Shown: positions 51,043 through 62,704 of the stretch, piece after piece
Layout: the number at the start of each line of letters is the position of its first letter
How positions within the stretch are numbered: position 1 is the first letter of the stretch
Assembly (NCBI GenBank): GCA_951406725.2
Contig: OX597818.1
Span: forward strand, 66,216,001 to 66,280,000
Direction of reading: 5' to 3'
DNA: 64,000 nucleotides
Origin: Octopus vulgaris
Lineage: Eukaryota
The notes under the pieces: generated by a model
Databases searched by the model: none
The model's input: only the letters and a program-made list of their open reading frames with translations
What the model was told of the DNA's origin: nothing
Program-made: the position numbers and the translations under genes

Positions 51043-52321
51043 TTTTATTGAATATATAAAAAAAGTTATTTGTACATCTAACACAGATATGGTATACAGC
51101 ACTAGACGGGTTTCACTTTGGAAAACAAATTTCAATAAATATTTAATGATTTAGAATTTCGTCACAAATTGATTTGCATTTATGCATCATACATAGTCAC
51201 GGTTTATTCTACTGCACATATATGTGTATGATCTTTCGATGGCATCAAAGGAATGAAACAAAGCATAGAAATATACAAAACCAATATTCTGTTATTTTGT
51301 CAGAGCTAAGGTTTTCCATAGACATTTAACATAATTCACGTGCCACTCGCACCTCGTCTTTTGCGAGTTGCATTTCGAGCATTTAGGCCACCGTGGGACA
51401 CCGCCATTATCTAATCTGCGATTACACTAGTTGGTGCCTCTACTGAAGATTAATATTTGGTAAATGAAGAAGTTTGATGTTGCTGACGTCATCTACTTTT
51501 CCTGCCGCGAGGTAGGCTTATGTGGAACTATTGACTGGAGAATCAGATTTGTTTTCAAGGCACTATATACACGCCATGCGGGTTTCTCAGGCTTTTCAGG
51601 AAGAAACTAAAGAGCTGCGGCTCTTGAAACCAAAACTGTTTTAGTATTTCGTCCTGTATCCTCATGGAAATTCTTGAGTCTTTGGCACTATGCACTTCTG
51701 CTGGTCGTGTAATTTTCGATGCCAACGTTTAATATAATTAATTCCAGGATATTCCAGAGGCTTATCACTATATATCTTTCCCGCCATCCTTCAGAGAAGT
51801 AGAGTCCTAACTTTTTCCACCTTTTCCCAAAAGTTCATAAGTGGCATTCATATATTATTTAAAAATATATTCTATTTGATAAGGACGCAGAAATGATATT
51901 GTAGAAAATATTTTCCTTGTGAAAAACAACAAATAGAGACAACACAGCTACCACGACCACAACCACCACCATCACCAGCACCACCATCACTTGTACACCC
52001 CTAGCACCGCCAAACAACTACCGAAATCAACAACAAAATCAACAGTAACCAATCGGTCAATATGTTTGTGAGTTTTAATAGATTTCCTTTTCAACAAATA
52101 GTGAAATGTTGGTTTTATAACACGGTTCTAGATCAAAATATTTGCCAGAATATCTCTAACATAAAAGATATGAATTCATTCAATTGGATTTTAAAAGTGT
52201 CCACCTGTTGGGATAGGCAAGTTTATCATCAACATATTACTATATTTGTATTTCTCTGTCTGTCTGCCTTGTATCTCTTTTCTCTTTCTCTCTCACCCTG
52301 TATATATATATATATATATAT

Positions 52322-52366
<45 letters not shown>

Positions 52367-52368
<2 letters not shown>

Positions 52369-52770
52369 CTATGAGGCTGCGGCCATGCTGGGGCACCACC
52401 ATTGAAATCACCTTTTAATTGGCCAATTATATGGGTTTGGCTTCGGGCGAAGGTGGGAGTTCGATACCACTGCCCTCTTTTGACTTACCTGGCTTGATAT
52501 TGGTTCACCTGATATCCGGGATAGTAGGTGGTCAATTTCTTTCTTGAAAAAATCTACTCCCAGGATTAAAATACCTGCGGGCCCTTCAATCCCAAGGTAT
52601 TGCAGCACATGCTGCTCGCCCTAGGTGAGACAGCTGGGGCATTTGGAACATTGCAGCAACGTCCATTTTGAGTTCTAGTATAACTTTCAATTCCAGAGTT
52701 TGGGCGCATCCCCCACCAGTAGGTTCTAGTAACTTCCGCAAATATTTCACTGCGTACCTGTCCCATATGT
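52367..52770 (-). mobile_element. Decayed 3' fragment of the CR1-like LINE family
   Basis: 'NSGIESYTRTQNGRCCNVP..CNTLGLKGPQVF' and 'GVDFFKKEIDHLLSRISGEP' match the LINE C-terminus; tail 'tggtgccccagcatggccgcagcctcatagct'. Confidence 0.85.
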
Positions 52771-52772
52771 AA

Positions 52773-52812
<40 letters not shown>

Positions 52813-52852
52813 TCGTTGTGTACCTATGTTAATTTTGGAGGGGAGCTATGTA

Positions 52853-53266
52853 TACTCTTACTCTTTTACTTTTTTACTTGTTTCAGTCATTTGACTGCGG
52901 CCATGCTGGAGCACCGCCTTTAGTCGAGCAAATCGATCCCAGGACTTATTCTTTGTAACCCCAGTACTTATTCTATCGGCTTCTTTTGCCGAACCGCTAA
53001 GTGACGGCGACGTAAACACACTAGCATCGGTTCTCAAGCAATGCTAGAGGGACAAACACAGACACACAAACATACACGCACATACATATATATACATATA
53101 TACGACAGGCTTCTTTCAGTTTCCGTCTACCAAATCCACTCACAAGGCTTTGGTCGACCCGAGGCTATAGTAGAAGACACTTGCCCAAGGTGCCACGCAG
53201 TGGGACTGAACCCGGAACCATGTGGTTGGCAAACAAGCTACTTACCACACAGCCACTCCTGCGCCT
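52853..53266 (-). mobile_element. SINE family B, full length
   Basis: Colinear with the other family B copies. Confidence 0.92.
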
Positions 53267-54787
53267 ATATGTATATGTATATTACATCCACACAGTATTC
53301 TTGTATAAGAATTTGTACAGTAGAAATGTATAGAGTAACCAATCAGATTAGCGGAAAATTGCTGACCGAAAATACATACGTACGCATGTGTACATACGCA
53401 TGTGTGCGAATTTTTGTGCATGTGTGTGAACATGTTTGGCGTAGCATTTGCATATGTTTTATATTTCACGTGTTTGTGTGAGCAAAATCTATCCGAGTCA
53501 TTTGATTATAGTATGAAGCAAAAGTTTTATATATAATTTTATAGCAGTTTTATATCTTTCTTCGATATAGTCTGCTTCTTTATTACACATATCAATGATC
53601 ACTTGCCTGGAGCAAATCAACTGACGCTCAAACACTATTCTTTGATTCACAAATCGGCTCCGACCTATTTTAAGGTAATATGAACTTTGTATCAACATGT
53701 ATATTTCCTTCCGGGCAACGATGTTATTCTGCCTTTTGCTGTTATCTCAGTAGTTTATATTTACGTTTGTGTTTTGTTTAGAGTTGGGAATTTTTGTTTT
53801 TCGTATTTTCTGCTGCAAATAAGCTTCAATTATCACGTTTTGTTTCTTGTATTTTTATTAGCATCTGCGAGATTAAGAGTTTAGAGAGCAGATAGATCGA
53901 CGGTATAATGCAATGAAATAGGCCATAAAGTCATCCCGCATCTAATTCAGCGCTTAACGTTTTGATGTGTTATAATCACGATCACAAGGTTACTGTCTCG
54001 ATCCCAGTGACAAGTGGTGTGTTGTATTCTTCCGTTAACCACTTTCTGTAACTTTGTTCCATTAAACTCAGCAGTATATACGTAAACTTATGATAGACTG
54101 ACTTATTGTAAAAGGAATATATTGTGATCTCAGTTTCTTAAACACCATGGAAATCATCGACTTACGGCCGTTTCGATTGTTCACAGTCACATGTTTAATC
54201 TAGAATTCAGTGCCTCGCAATTGACATCAGAGATCATATTAAATAACCGATCCTTTCGTATATATTACCCCTATACCATACACACGCCCACACACGCTCA
54301 CACACACGCACAAACACACACATATATGTGTATGTGTATTAAAACACACAAATACACACCTTATGTATATGTGTATGTATAGAAATATATATAATTTTCA
54401 TACAGAAACACATATATATGTACATAGCTGTAATGTAAATGTGAATAAGTGGAATAAATACACTACCATAAGAAAGTGTGTTATCACAATAACGGATTAT
54501 ATTTATCCAAAAAAGTGTTACTCATGTAAAAGATGCTAAGCAAACCATTGAAAAAAGTATGACGTTCACTAATTCAGTAATTTCTAAAATAGAATACTTC
54601 TTGGAATTCATTTAATGCTCATTAAGATGCTCTGTTTATATGTCCTGCTGTATTGATAGGTATTCATCACTAATTAATGAAGTAGTTTGTTCCAAGCAAG
54701 AGCAATGCGTAGCAGAAACAGCATAACGCAAATGGTAATTTGCATACGAAACGACAAGAAGTAATATTATCAACATGATACTTAAAC

Positions 54788-55052
<265 letters not shown>

Positions 55053-55488
55053 GCATTGATTCTATTTTATCTTATGATTTCTATGGCTTATTGGGTGGAT
55101 TTTAACTAAAACAAAGCAAATCTTAGATTTTGTTTTTTTTCACATCTGTTGTTCTGCTGTTGTAGGTAATATTAATGAAAACCTTCAAACATTTGAAATT
55201 CCTCCTTACCACAGTTATTAGTTTGGGATTGATTTAAATCCCGCAGATCTAGAAATGGTAAAGGAAGAAGCACGCTAAAAATTTGCAATGCAGGAATATA
55301 TGAAGGTGATTTATGAAATATGACTGTTCGAATATCGTAGAGTGAACTTTCGGCTTGCAGTGCTGTAGTATGTATTGTGTATTTATGATATTTCTTACAT
55401 TTTAAACAGTGCAATATATACGAACAAATCAAGATATGACGGATGATCTGGTAAATGTAATGTATCCTAGAACACACAATATAAGAAA

Positions 55489-55865
55489 CTAGCAGTATCT
55501 CCCGGCGTTGCTCAGGTTTGTAAGGGAAATAACTATAAAGCATTTTTAGAGAGTTATAGCCAAAGCAAAAAAATGGAAAAAAATGATGGTAAATTTTTTT
55601 GAGAGTAAAGAAAGGTGGAGTTGCGTCCCCTAGACAGTTTGCTGTTTGTGTTTCTGATTCTCGACCCCATGTCGAATTTATCGTTTTTTTCAGAACTGGG
55701 GGAACTTTTCAAAATTTTCGCTGCGTTAGTTTTGAATTATGACATTGGGCTATGTGTGCGTCAAGTTTCATCAGAATCGGTTGAAAGCCGTGGTCAGGGC
55801 GAGGGTACAACCTAACAGACACACAGAAACACGCACAGACAAACTGCCGTTTATATATAGAGAGA
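55489..55865 (-). mobile_element. Non-autonomous Helitron
   Basis: Minus strand A|TCtctatatataaa ... cctgagcaacgccgggagatactgCTAG|T: 5' TC, 3' CTAG, subterminal GC-rich hairpin remnant, AT target, no TSD. Confidence 0.7.
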
Positions 55866-55874
55866 TAATATATA

Positions 55875-55984
55875 AGCGGAGTGGCGCAAAAGGAACGTTT
55901 GCGTTCATAACCCAGGGTTCCTGTATAATAGAAACGTTTCGGTCCATAACCCAGAGGTCTGTTTATCGAAACTCTTCTCTGTTA
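55875..55984 (+). pseudogene. Initiator tRNA-Met pseudogene with duplicated anticodon arm
   Basis: 'agcggagtggcgca...cataacccagaggtc...atcgaaac..tctctgtta' matches the metazoan iMet pattern AGCAGAGTGGCGCAG...CATAACCCAGAGGTC..GATCGAAACCATCCTCTGCTA; 'aacgttt..cataacccag' occurs twice. Confidence 0.7.
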
Positions 55985-56049
55985 AGGAATCGATTTTACA
56001 TTTGACTCTAACAGAATTGTCAACAAAGATACCGAACATAGTTTCACCC

Positions 56050-56272
56050 TCGGGTGCGTGGTAAGAAGTATGCTTTAAAACTACGTAGAACCAATTTCAA
56101 TTCCATGGAATTCTTCTGTAGTATTTGGTATTCTCCAAAAACCTGGTACCGATAAAGTATGTATTAGGCTTTATAACATAATTACTAGTCTCGATCAGGA
56201 AGCAAAATTATTGAAGACGGTGCCCCAGCATATCCGCAGTCAAATGACTTAAACAACTAAATGATAAAGATA
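56050..56272 (+). mobile_element. SINE family B-like decayed copy
   Basis: 'gcgtggtaagaagt...' head remnant and tail 'acggtgccccagcatatccgcagtcaaatgact'. Confidence 0.6.
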
Positions 56273-56633
56273 AAATCTAAATGATAGACATACATAACAA
56301 CAGGTATGGGTGCAACAATGTATGGTAAGTTCAAAGGACCACCAACTGAGTGAGTAACATTAAAATCCCAAGTAGTATGGAAGGCAAGCATGGCAATAAC
56401 ACCAGGATTTCTCTTTCAGTTGGTAATTTGCATTATTTTCATCTATTCGTAATATTTCCGTGTAACATAAAGTCAATTATGTCATGCACTGGTTCCACTA
56501 ATCTAATGTGTTCTGATGTAGCAACGACCTTACATGTCGCTACTTACACAAAACAATTTTAAGTAAGAACTGGTTTAAATATTAGAAATTTTTACAATTC
56601 TAATTAAGAACTGGTTTAGATTTAGAAATTTGG

Positions 56634-56776
56634 CCAAGATACCTCAGGAAGGTTGGGAGGTATATAAGCCGAAATTTATTTTTTTTACAAAAAACAAGAT
56701 GGGGGCAAATATCCTTGAAATGTAAATAATGTAAATAATGTACATAATTCCTTATTTCTTAAGTATTGAACTGTAT
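56634..56776 (+). mobile_element. Decayed copy of the 6586-6672 hammerhead-bearing repeat
   Basis: 'ccaagatacctcaggaaggttgggaggtatataagccgaaa...aacaagatgggggcaaatatcc..aaatgtaaataat'. Confidence 0.5.
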
Positions 56777-57747
56777 GGTTAATATATTATGAGTTACTTG
56801 CATGGTATAACAAAGATGACATATAATTATGAGGATGTGTATTTATAGTTGTGACCACAGATTAAAATGCAATTTTGGCAAATATTTCAGCATTGGTATA
56901 AATATGGAGTTTGAATAGCCAAGATTCCTTCTCTATATGTAGATTAGGCCACGGTGACATTATAGATTTGATAACATTTACGCAATGATACACATGCTTA
57001 CTTTCTGAATTTAAATGAATCTCTTATTTCCAATGCACGAGCAATAACGTTCCTAGGAAATTCTTAGCTATCATCCAGCTTTTAAGAAATGCTTCAGGAA
57101 AATATAAGAGGAACTTGTTAAAAGGAATAAGTGGTTTGAGTACTGGTTCGTATTTATATGTCTTTTCTACATTATTACAAATATGAAGCATCTGAGAGGC
57201 TCTGTTCTCAACCATTGATATTTTCGGAGTGTTTCCTTGAAAAGTAAACAATATACGTTGTGCAGACAATTACTCGCAATTAACATTATACGACTGATAA
57301 ATTACACAAACTGTATTGATTTAATTAATACATTGTATTTTATCTAAATATATCCCTTTGCATAATATATAAAAACTTCATTGTAAACCACAGTATGAGG
57401 AAAATATACTTTGACCATCAAAAGTAAATAACCTTTGTGTGTATGTGTGTATGGATGCGTGTGTCATGTCATGATCAGACGTTTGCGACAAGGTGAGAGT
57501 GCGTTGTAAGCTTGTGTCATGTAATTAGCAGGTATCAACTGTGGAGCACTTATCATCTTTACCTTCCCCCTACCACTACTTGTCAATTTCGGTGTTGTTC
57601 TATTGAATTTTACACTCAACTTAACTCTTCGAGGTTCTCTTTAAAAACTCTCTTCTCTTCCTGCACAGCAAAGGGTACCTGGTGAAATGAACCGGCCAAA
57701 TTTTTTATCGACTAATATTATATGCAGCTATATGTAAGGGGTACAAA

Positions 57748-58160
57748 GGCGACGAGCTGGCAGAAACGTCAGCACGCCGGGCGAAATGCGTAGCCGTATT
57801 TCGGCTGCGTTACGTTGTGAGTTCAAATTCTGCCGAAGTTGACTTTACCTTTCATCCTTTCGGGAAAGATAAATAAAGTACCAGGTACGCACTGGGTTCG
57901 ATATAATGGATTTAATCCCTTTGTCTGTCTTTTTGTTGCCTCACTGTGTTTAGCCCCTTGTGGGTAGTAAAGAAATAGGTATTTCGTCTGCCGTTACATA
58001 CTGAATTCAAATTTCGCCGAGGTCGACTTTTTTTTTCATCCTTTCAGGGTCAATAAATTAAGTACCAGTAACGCACTGGGGTCCATGTAATCGACTTAAT
58101 CCCTTTGTCTGTTTTGTTTGTCCCCTCTATGTTTAGCCCATTGTGGGCAAAAAAGAAATA
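57748..58160 (+). mobile_element. SINE family C dimer
   Basis: Head 'ggcgacgagctggcagaaacgtcagcacgccgggcgaaatgcg' plus two units. Confidence 0.88.
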
Positions 58161-59774
58161 ATATGTAAGTTGTATTGTCTTTATCAGTTGATAACGTTGA
58201 AATAAAAACGCCTGTAGATAGACGGGGAAGCAAAATATAAAAACATTAAAAAGTAGCAATGTTCAGTGGGTGTTCGTGTGTAAGCTTCATTCGTATTTTA
58301 TTGAGATATATACTCAGCCTAACAGAAATGTATTGCCATTTGAAAATATATAAGCCACAGATATAGAAACGATTCCTACAACCCCAAGATGGCACCCAAA
58401 ATACCATGCTTCAAGATATTCACTTACCCAACATAAAAAAATTTGTGAGGAATAAATTTAGTCAAGATAATAAACTAACTGGAATCTTGTACGAAATCTG
58501 TGGCTGAAGGGAAATTAGTCCCGCTAAAATAGGTTTGCTTTGTTTTAACAAAATATTCTTGTACAGTGAAGTGTATATCAAGTCTCCATATGGGTCAAAC
58601 TAGTTGATTTATACGAGATGAGAATGATGAACATATTCTTGTTGTTGTTGTTTGAAAATTTGTTCGTTCAATAAATTGCTTGTGTTAATTATTCTTATTT
58701 AAAAACGGCAGGAGATACGAGCCTCCACCAGCAAGAAATATAATCAAATATTAAATCCATTTATTGAATTATAGAATTTCAATTCAAACACGATTACATT
58801 AATTAAATTAAATCAATGATTTATCTGATCATTATTAACAGAACAAAAAAATTACAGATAAAATCAACCAAATCAATTTTATTTTGATTTTTATTTGATT
58901 TCACATTTGTGTCATTTGTTATTTCTCTTCGTTTTTATAACTTTTATCAAATTTATATCAGAAGTGATTTTTTTCCATGCAAATTTTTAAACTGAAATAT
59001 TATATTTTGCAAAACATTCTGCAAGAAAAATCGTTATTTTTTCTATGGTGGTCGACAATATTCAAAGCGGAAATACTGTTGCACAGTTCAGAACATTACG
59101 GTCGACATTATTGCAGAACATTACATTCTGAACTCTACTATATGCATGTGTGTGTACGTGTTTGTATATGTGTGTGCCAAAATATGTATATTAAAGAGGC
59201 CAATCATGTAGTATATGTGATTCTGAGTCAATTGCACGAAATATTAGGCAAATTGCCTCACAAAAATAATCAGCTATGATTCAATGTAGTGAAGAGCATG
59301 GTGAGATACATATGAGCTAAAGAAAAGTAATTCTGATCGAGCAAGAACAGGTATTTAAATAATATAGGCAAATGCATGTCTAGCAACTACCATAAAATAT
59401 TAATTTCCCTAGATGATGAATATTAATTAAAGAAATACCAGTTGAAATGGGCTCTACGCGAGAAGAGATAACCTCAAAATTCAAGCGTTATCCTCATTTG
59501 ACATGTTGTCATAGAAAAGAGCAGGTATATCTGAAACTTAGAGAACATTGGTGGATATCTTTTTCAGGTATTATCGCCGTAATCAGGATGACAATTATCT
59601 GAACATATTACCAATAAGCTAAGGGGCTGGCCTTTTAGGAAATAGAGTAGAGTAAGAAATATTTATTTTCTAGCGGGATTTGCATACGTTAGAATGTCAT
59701 CTGAGTGCCAATTAAAAGTATTTGAACAACAAAGAGAAAGATATGTAAATCAAACGCCACATACGTACACACAC

Positions 59775-59839
<65 letters not shown>

Positions 59840-59842
59840 TAC

Positions 59843-59888
<46 letters not shown>

Positions 59889-59892
<4 letters not shown>

Positions 59893-60155
59893 CATAAGGG
59901 ACTAAAGCCATCTGAATATGGCTAGGGACAGGGCAGGGTGGTGGGGTGTTACTGTTGCATTTAGCCCCAGGTGAACATCGACGTCACCAGAAAGGCTCGA
60001 CACCGTCACGGTGCCCTGCAGGTTAAGGGCACCGTGACGGTGTCGAGCCTTTCTGGTGACGTTGATGTTCGCCTGGGGCTAAATGCAACAGTAAAACCCC
60101 CACCACCCTGCCCTGTCCCTAGCCATATTCAGATGGCTTTAGTCCCTTATGTTAT
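59889..60155. repeat. Inverted repeat, ~130-bp arms with 8-bp spacer
   Basis: '...gacaccgtcacggtgccct gcaggtta agggcaccgtgacggtgtc...'; ~3 substitutions and 1 indel between arms; between (TA)n tracts. Confidence 0.95.
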
Positions 60156-60193
60156 CGAGCAGTTACTGTCTATATCCCTTTTAGAGAATTATT

Positions 60194-60247
<54 letters not shown>

Positions 60248-60254
60248 TATATGC

Positions 60255-60296
<42 letters not shown>

Positions 60297-60299
60297 GTA

Positions 60300-60955
60300 T
60301 ATATTATATAGAGGGCATTATTACACATAAATGCCTCACACTAAGAGGGACATAAGTCATTACTACCAAAAATTTCACTAATCATACCCAATGCAGTTTT
60401 TCAAAGAAAGACATTTAAAAAATGAATTTAGTCCTATATCACCTGTGATTTCGCACTCACCGCATAAAAACTGCGTCTATGCTCATCGGTAGAACTGATT
60501 CTGAACACATCATAAATAAACGACCAACAATGTCGAAGCCGAACAGGCAACTGCTCTCTCCAACGAAGCACATGGAGATGTTTATAAATCATATATTCGG
60601 TAAATGGCGGGCTTTTACGAACTGCACTTCGGATAGGAAAAGTTTTTTCGGAATAAATTTAACAATTAAGGATAACTTCTTAATAAGAAATCTTAACAAG
60701 AAATTATCAGGTAGTTAGCGTGAAAAACCTCATAAGAGAAAAAAAATTCGATAATAATTTTTTTCTTTTGAACATATTAATTTATATTATATAGAGGGCA
60801 TTATTACACATAAATGCCTCACACTAAGAGGGTCATAAGTTTCACTAATCATACCCAATGCAGTTTTTCAAAGCAAGACATTTAAAAAATGAATTTAGTC
60901 CCATTTTTTAAATGTCTTGCTTTGAAAAACTGCATTGGGTATGATTAGTGAAATT
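60300..60955 (-). mobile_element. Non-coding hammerhead-containing element with direct repeat and inverted 5' arm (Penelope/retrozyme-like)
   Basis: Direct repeat 60300-60434 / 60783-60901 (483-bp offset, 16-bp deletion in copy 2); hairpin arms 60840-60891 / 60902-60953; hammerhead at 60432-60494. Confidence 0.7.
60432..60494 (-). ncRNA. Type I hammerhead ribozyme motif (U4C core variant)
   Basis: Minus strand: ttcta CCGATGA gcat agacgcagtttttatgcggtga gtgc GAAA tcac ag gtga TA tagga; stems I, II and III can all pair. Confidence 0.6.
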
Positions 60956-62096
60956 CTCGTTTTCTGTGACCTTTTCTGGTGTGTGCCTATACCATCTTTT
61001 TTCTGTTGTTATTCCATAATGTTGGCATAGCTTCCAATGTATGTAGGTTCCAACTCTGTCATGTCTGTGAATATATTCCTTCTTAGCCAGGACTGGGCAG
61101 CTAGAGATAATATGATTTATTGTTTCTTATCCATCTCCACATATTCTGCAGTTACTTGTAATATTTCTTTTCATTACATGTTTTTGGTAATTTCTGGTGG
61201 GGAGGCTTTGGTCTTGTGCTGCAATTAAAAATCCCTCTGTTTCTGCTTTGAGTCCTGAGCTTCTCAACCATTGCTGGGATTTTTCTTTGTCTATTTCTTT
61301 TGCGTTTAGTTTAGTCCAGTATTTACAATGAAGGGGCTTTTCTTGCCATCGTTTTATCATGGTTCGTTGCTGTTCTATTTTAATTTGAATTTCATTTGTT
61401 TTATAGCTTTTGTTGTTTCTTCATCTTCTTCTTCTTCATATTTATTAGGTGGTATGATTTCTTGTTTGTATTTGTCAGCTTCCTTAAATACCGAGAACAG
61501 TTTTTTGTTTTGCTCGTGTTTTGCTGCTATTTGTATCAGTTTTCCTTCCTTCTGAAGTAGATATTTTTGCAGTCCTATGGTGGTTATTTTATAGTAGTTT
61601 TCCAGCTGTATAAGGCCTCTACCACCTTCTATACGTTGTATATATAGTCTTTCTATGTCAGATTTTGGGTGATGCATTCTAGATCCTAACATTATTTTTC
61701 TTGTTTTCCTATCTATTTTGGTCAGTTCATTTCGTGTCCAGTTAAGGATATTGTAGCTGTAACTTATAACTGGGACAGCTAAATTGTTAATACCTATTAT
61801 CTTGTTTTTAGCATTGAGCTCTGTTTTTAGTATTGATCTAACTCGTCTATAATATTGTTTTTAATTTTCTCTTTCATTTGTGTGTGTTGTGTCTTATCTA
61901 GTTCATGGATTCCTAAATATTTGTAAGTTTGGCTTTGGTCTAGTTCTTTTATTTCATTGGTTTTATCTAGTGTGATGTTGCTACTCTTAACTAGTTTTCC
62001 TCTTTTCATGGTTACTTTGGCGCATTTTTCTAATCCAAATTTCATATCTATTTCTTTGGTAAATCCATGAATTGTCTTTAATAGTGTTTCCAGCTG

Positions 62097-62099
<3 letters not shown>
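60956..62099 (-). mobile_element. Dong/R4-type RLE non-LTR retrotransposon fragment, degenerate
   Basis: MKFGLEKCAK, YKYLGI, MHHPKSDIERLY..GGRGL, LKAETEGFLIAAQDQ, CRIC..ETINHIISSC, RHD; 5' end abuts (TAA)n; 3' end cut off by the 60300-60955 element. Confidence 0.88.
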
Positions 62100-62135
<36 letters not shown>

Positions 62136-62475
62136 GAATGAGAGAGCAGTTCATGCCATCAAAGTGACACTGGGGTAAAATATACGAAGCCCAATATACC
62201 CATCATGACAACCCGTCTGATAAGGGTACACCAGGCACATGCATCACAACCATATGTGCGCAACATGGTGATCTCATATCAAGATAAACAGCACATGACC
62301 TTGCAGGTGGGGCCCAGTTAGAATTTTCTTCAGGTTGAGTAGCCCATCCCGCTCAAACGGTCCCTGAATAAGGGTTGTTTAAGGATGTTGAAAGAACCAC
62401 CCATGTTTCCAGAGGTGAATTATTCAAACCCCAAAGAATCCCTCTCAAAACATGGCTATGATGCTCCCCCACTAC

Positions 62476-62477
<2 letters not shown>
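62136..62477 (-). mobile_element. ~340-bp non-coding insert between two (TAA)n tracts, probably the 3' end of another non-LTR element
   Basis: Sharp borders against (TTA)n on both sides; higher GC; no ORF of note; strand inferred by analogy with its neighbours. Confidence 0.45.
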
Positions 62478-62519
<42 letters not shown>

Positions 62520-62520
<1 letters not shown>

Positions 62521-62666
62521 TATGTTTGACTTTTGCTTTATATTTGTACAAGTTGGCTCCAAGTCTCACCCAGAGACCTCAAGAGACAACAGGGTTGGAA
62601 GTTCATGTTGTTGTTATGCCTAGTGTGCCATATATTTGGGGGGTGGGGATGTTGTACTAATGAATG

Positions 62667-62704
<38 letters not shown>

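Noticed and set aside
51350-51800. More GC-balanced stretch with 'DVADVIYF' resembling an RT motif or exon
   Set aside because: No continuing RT motifs or open frame; cannot be supported
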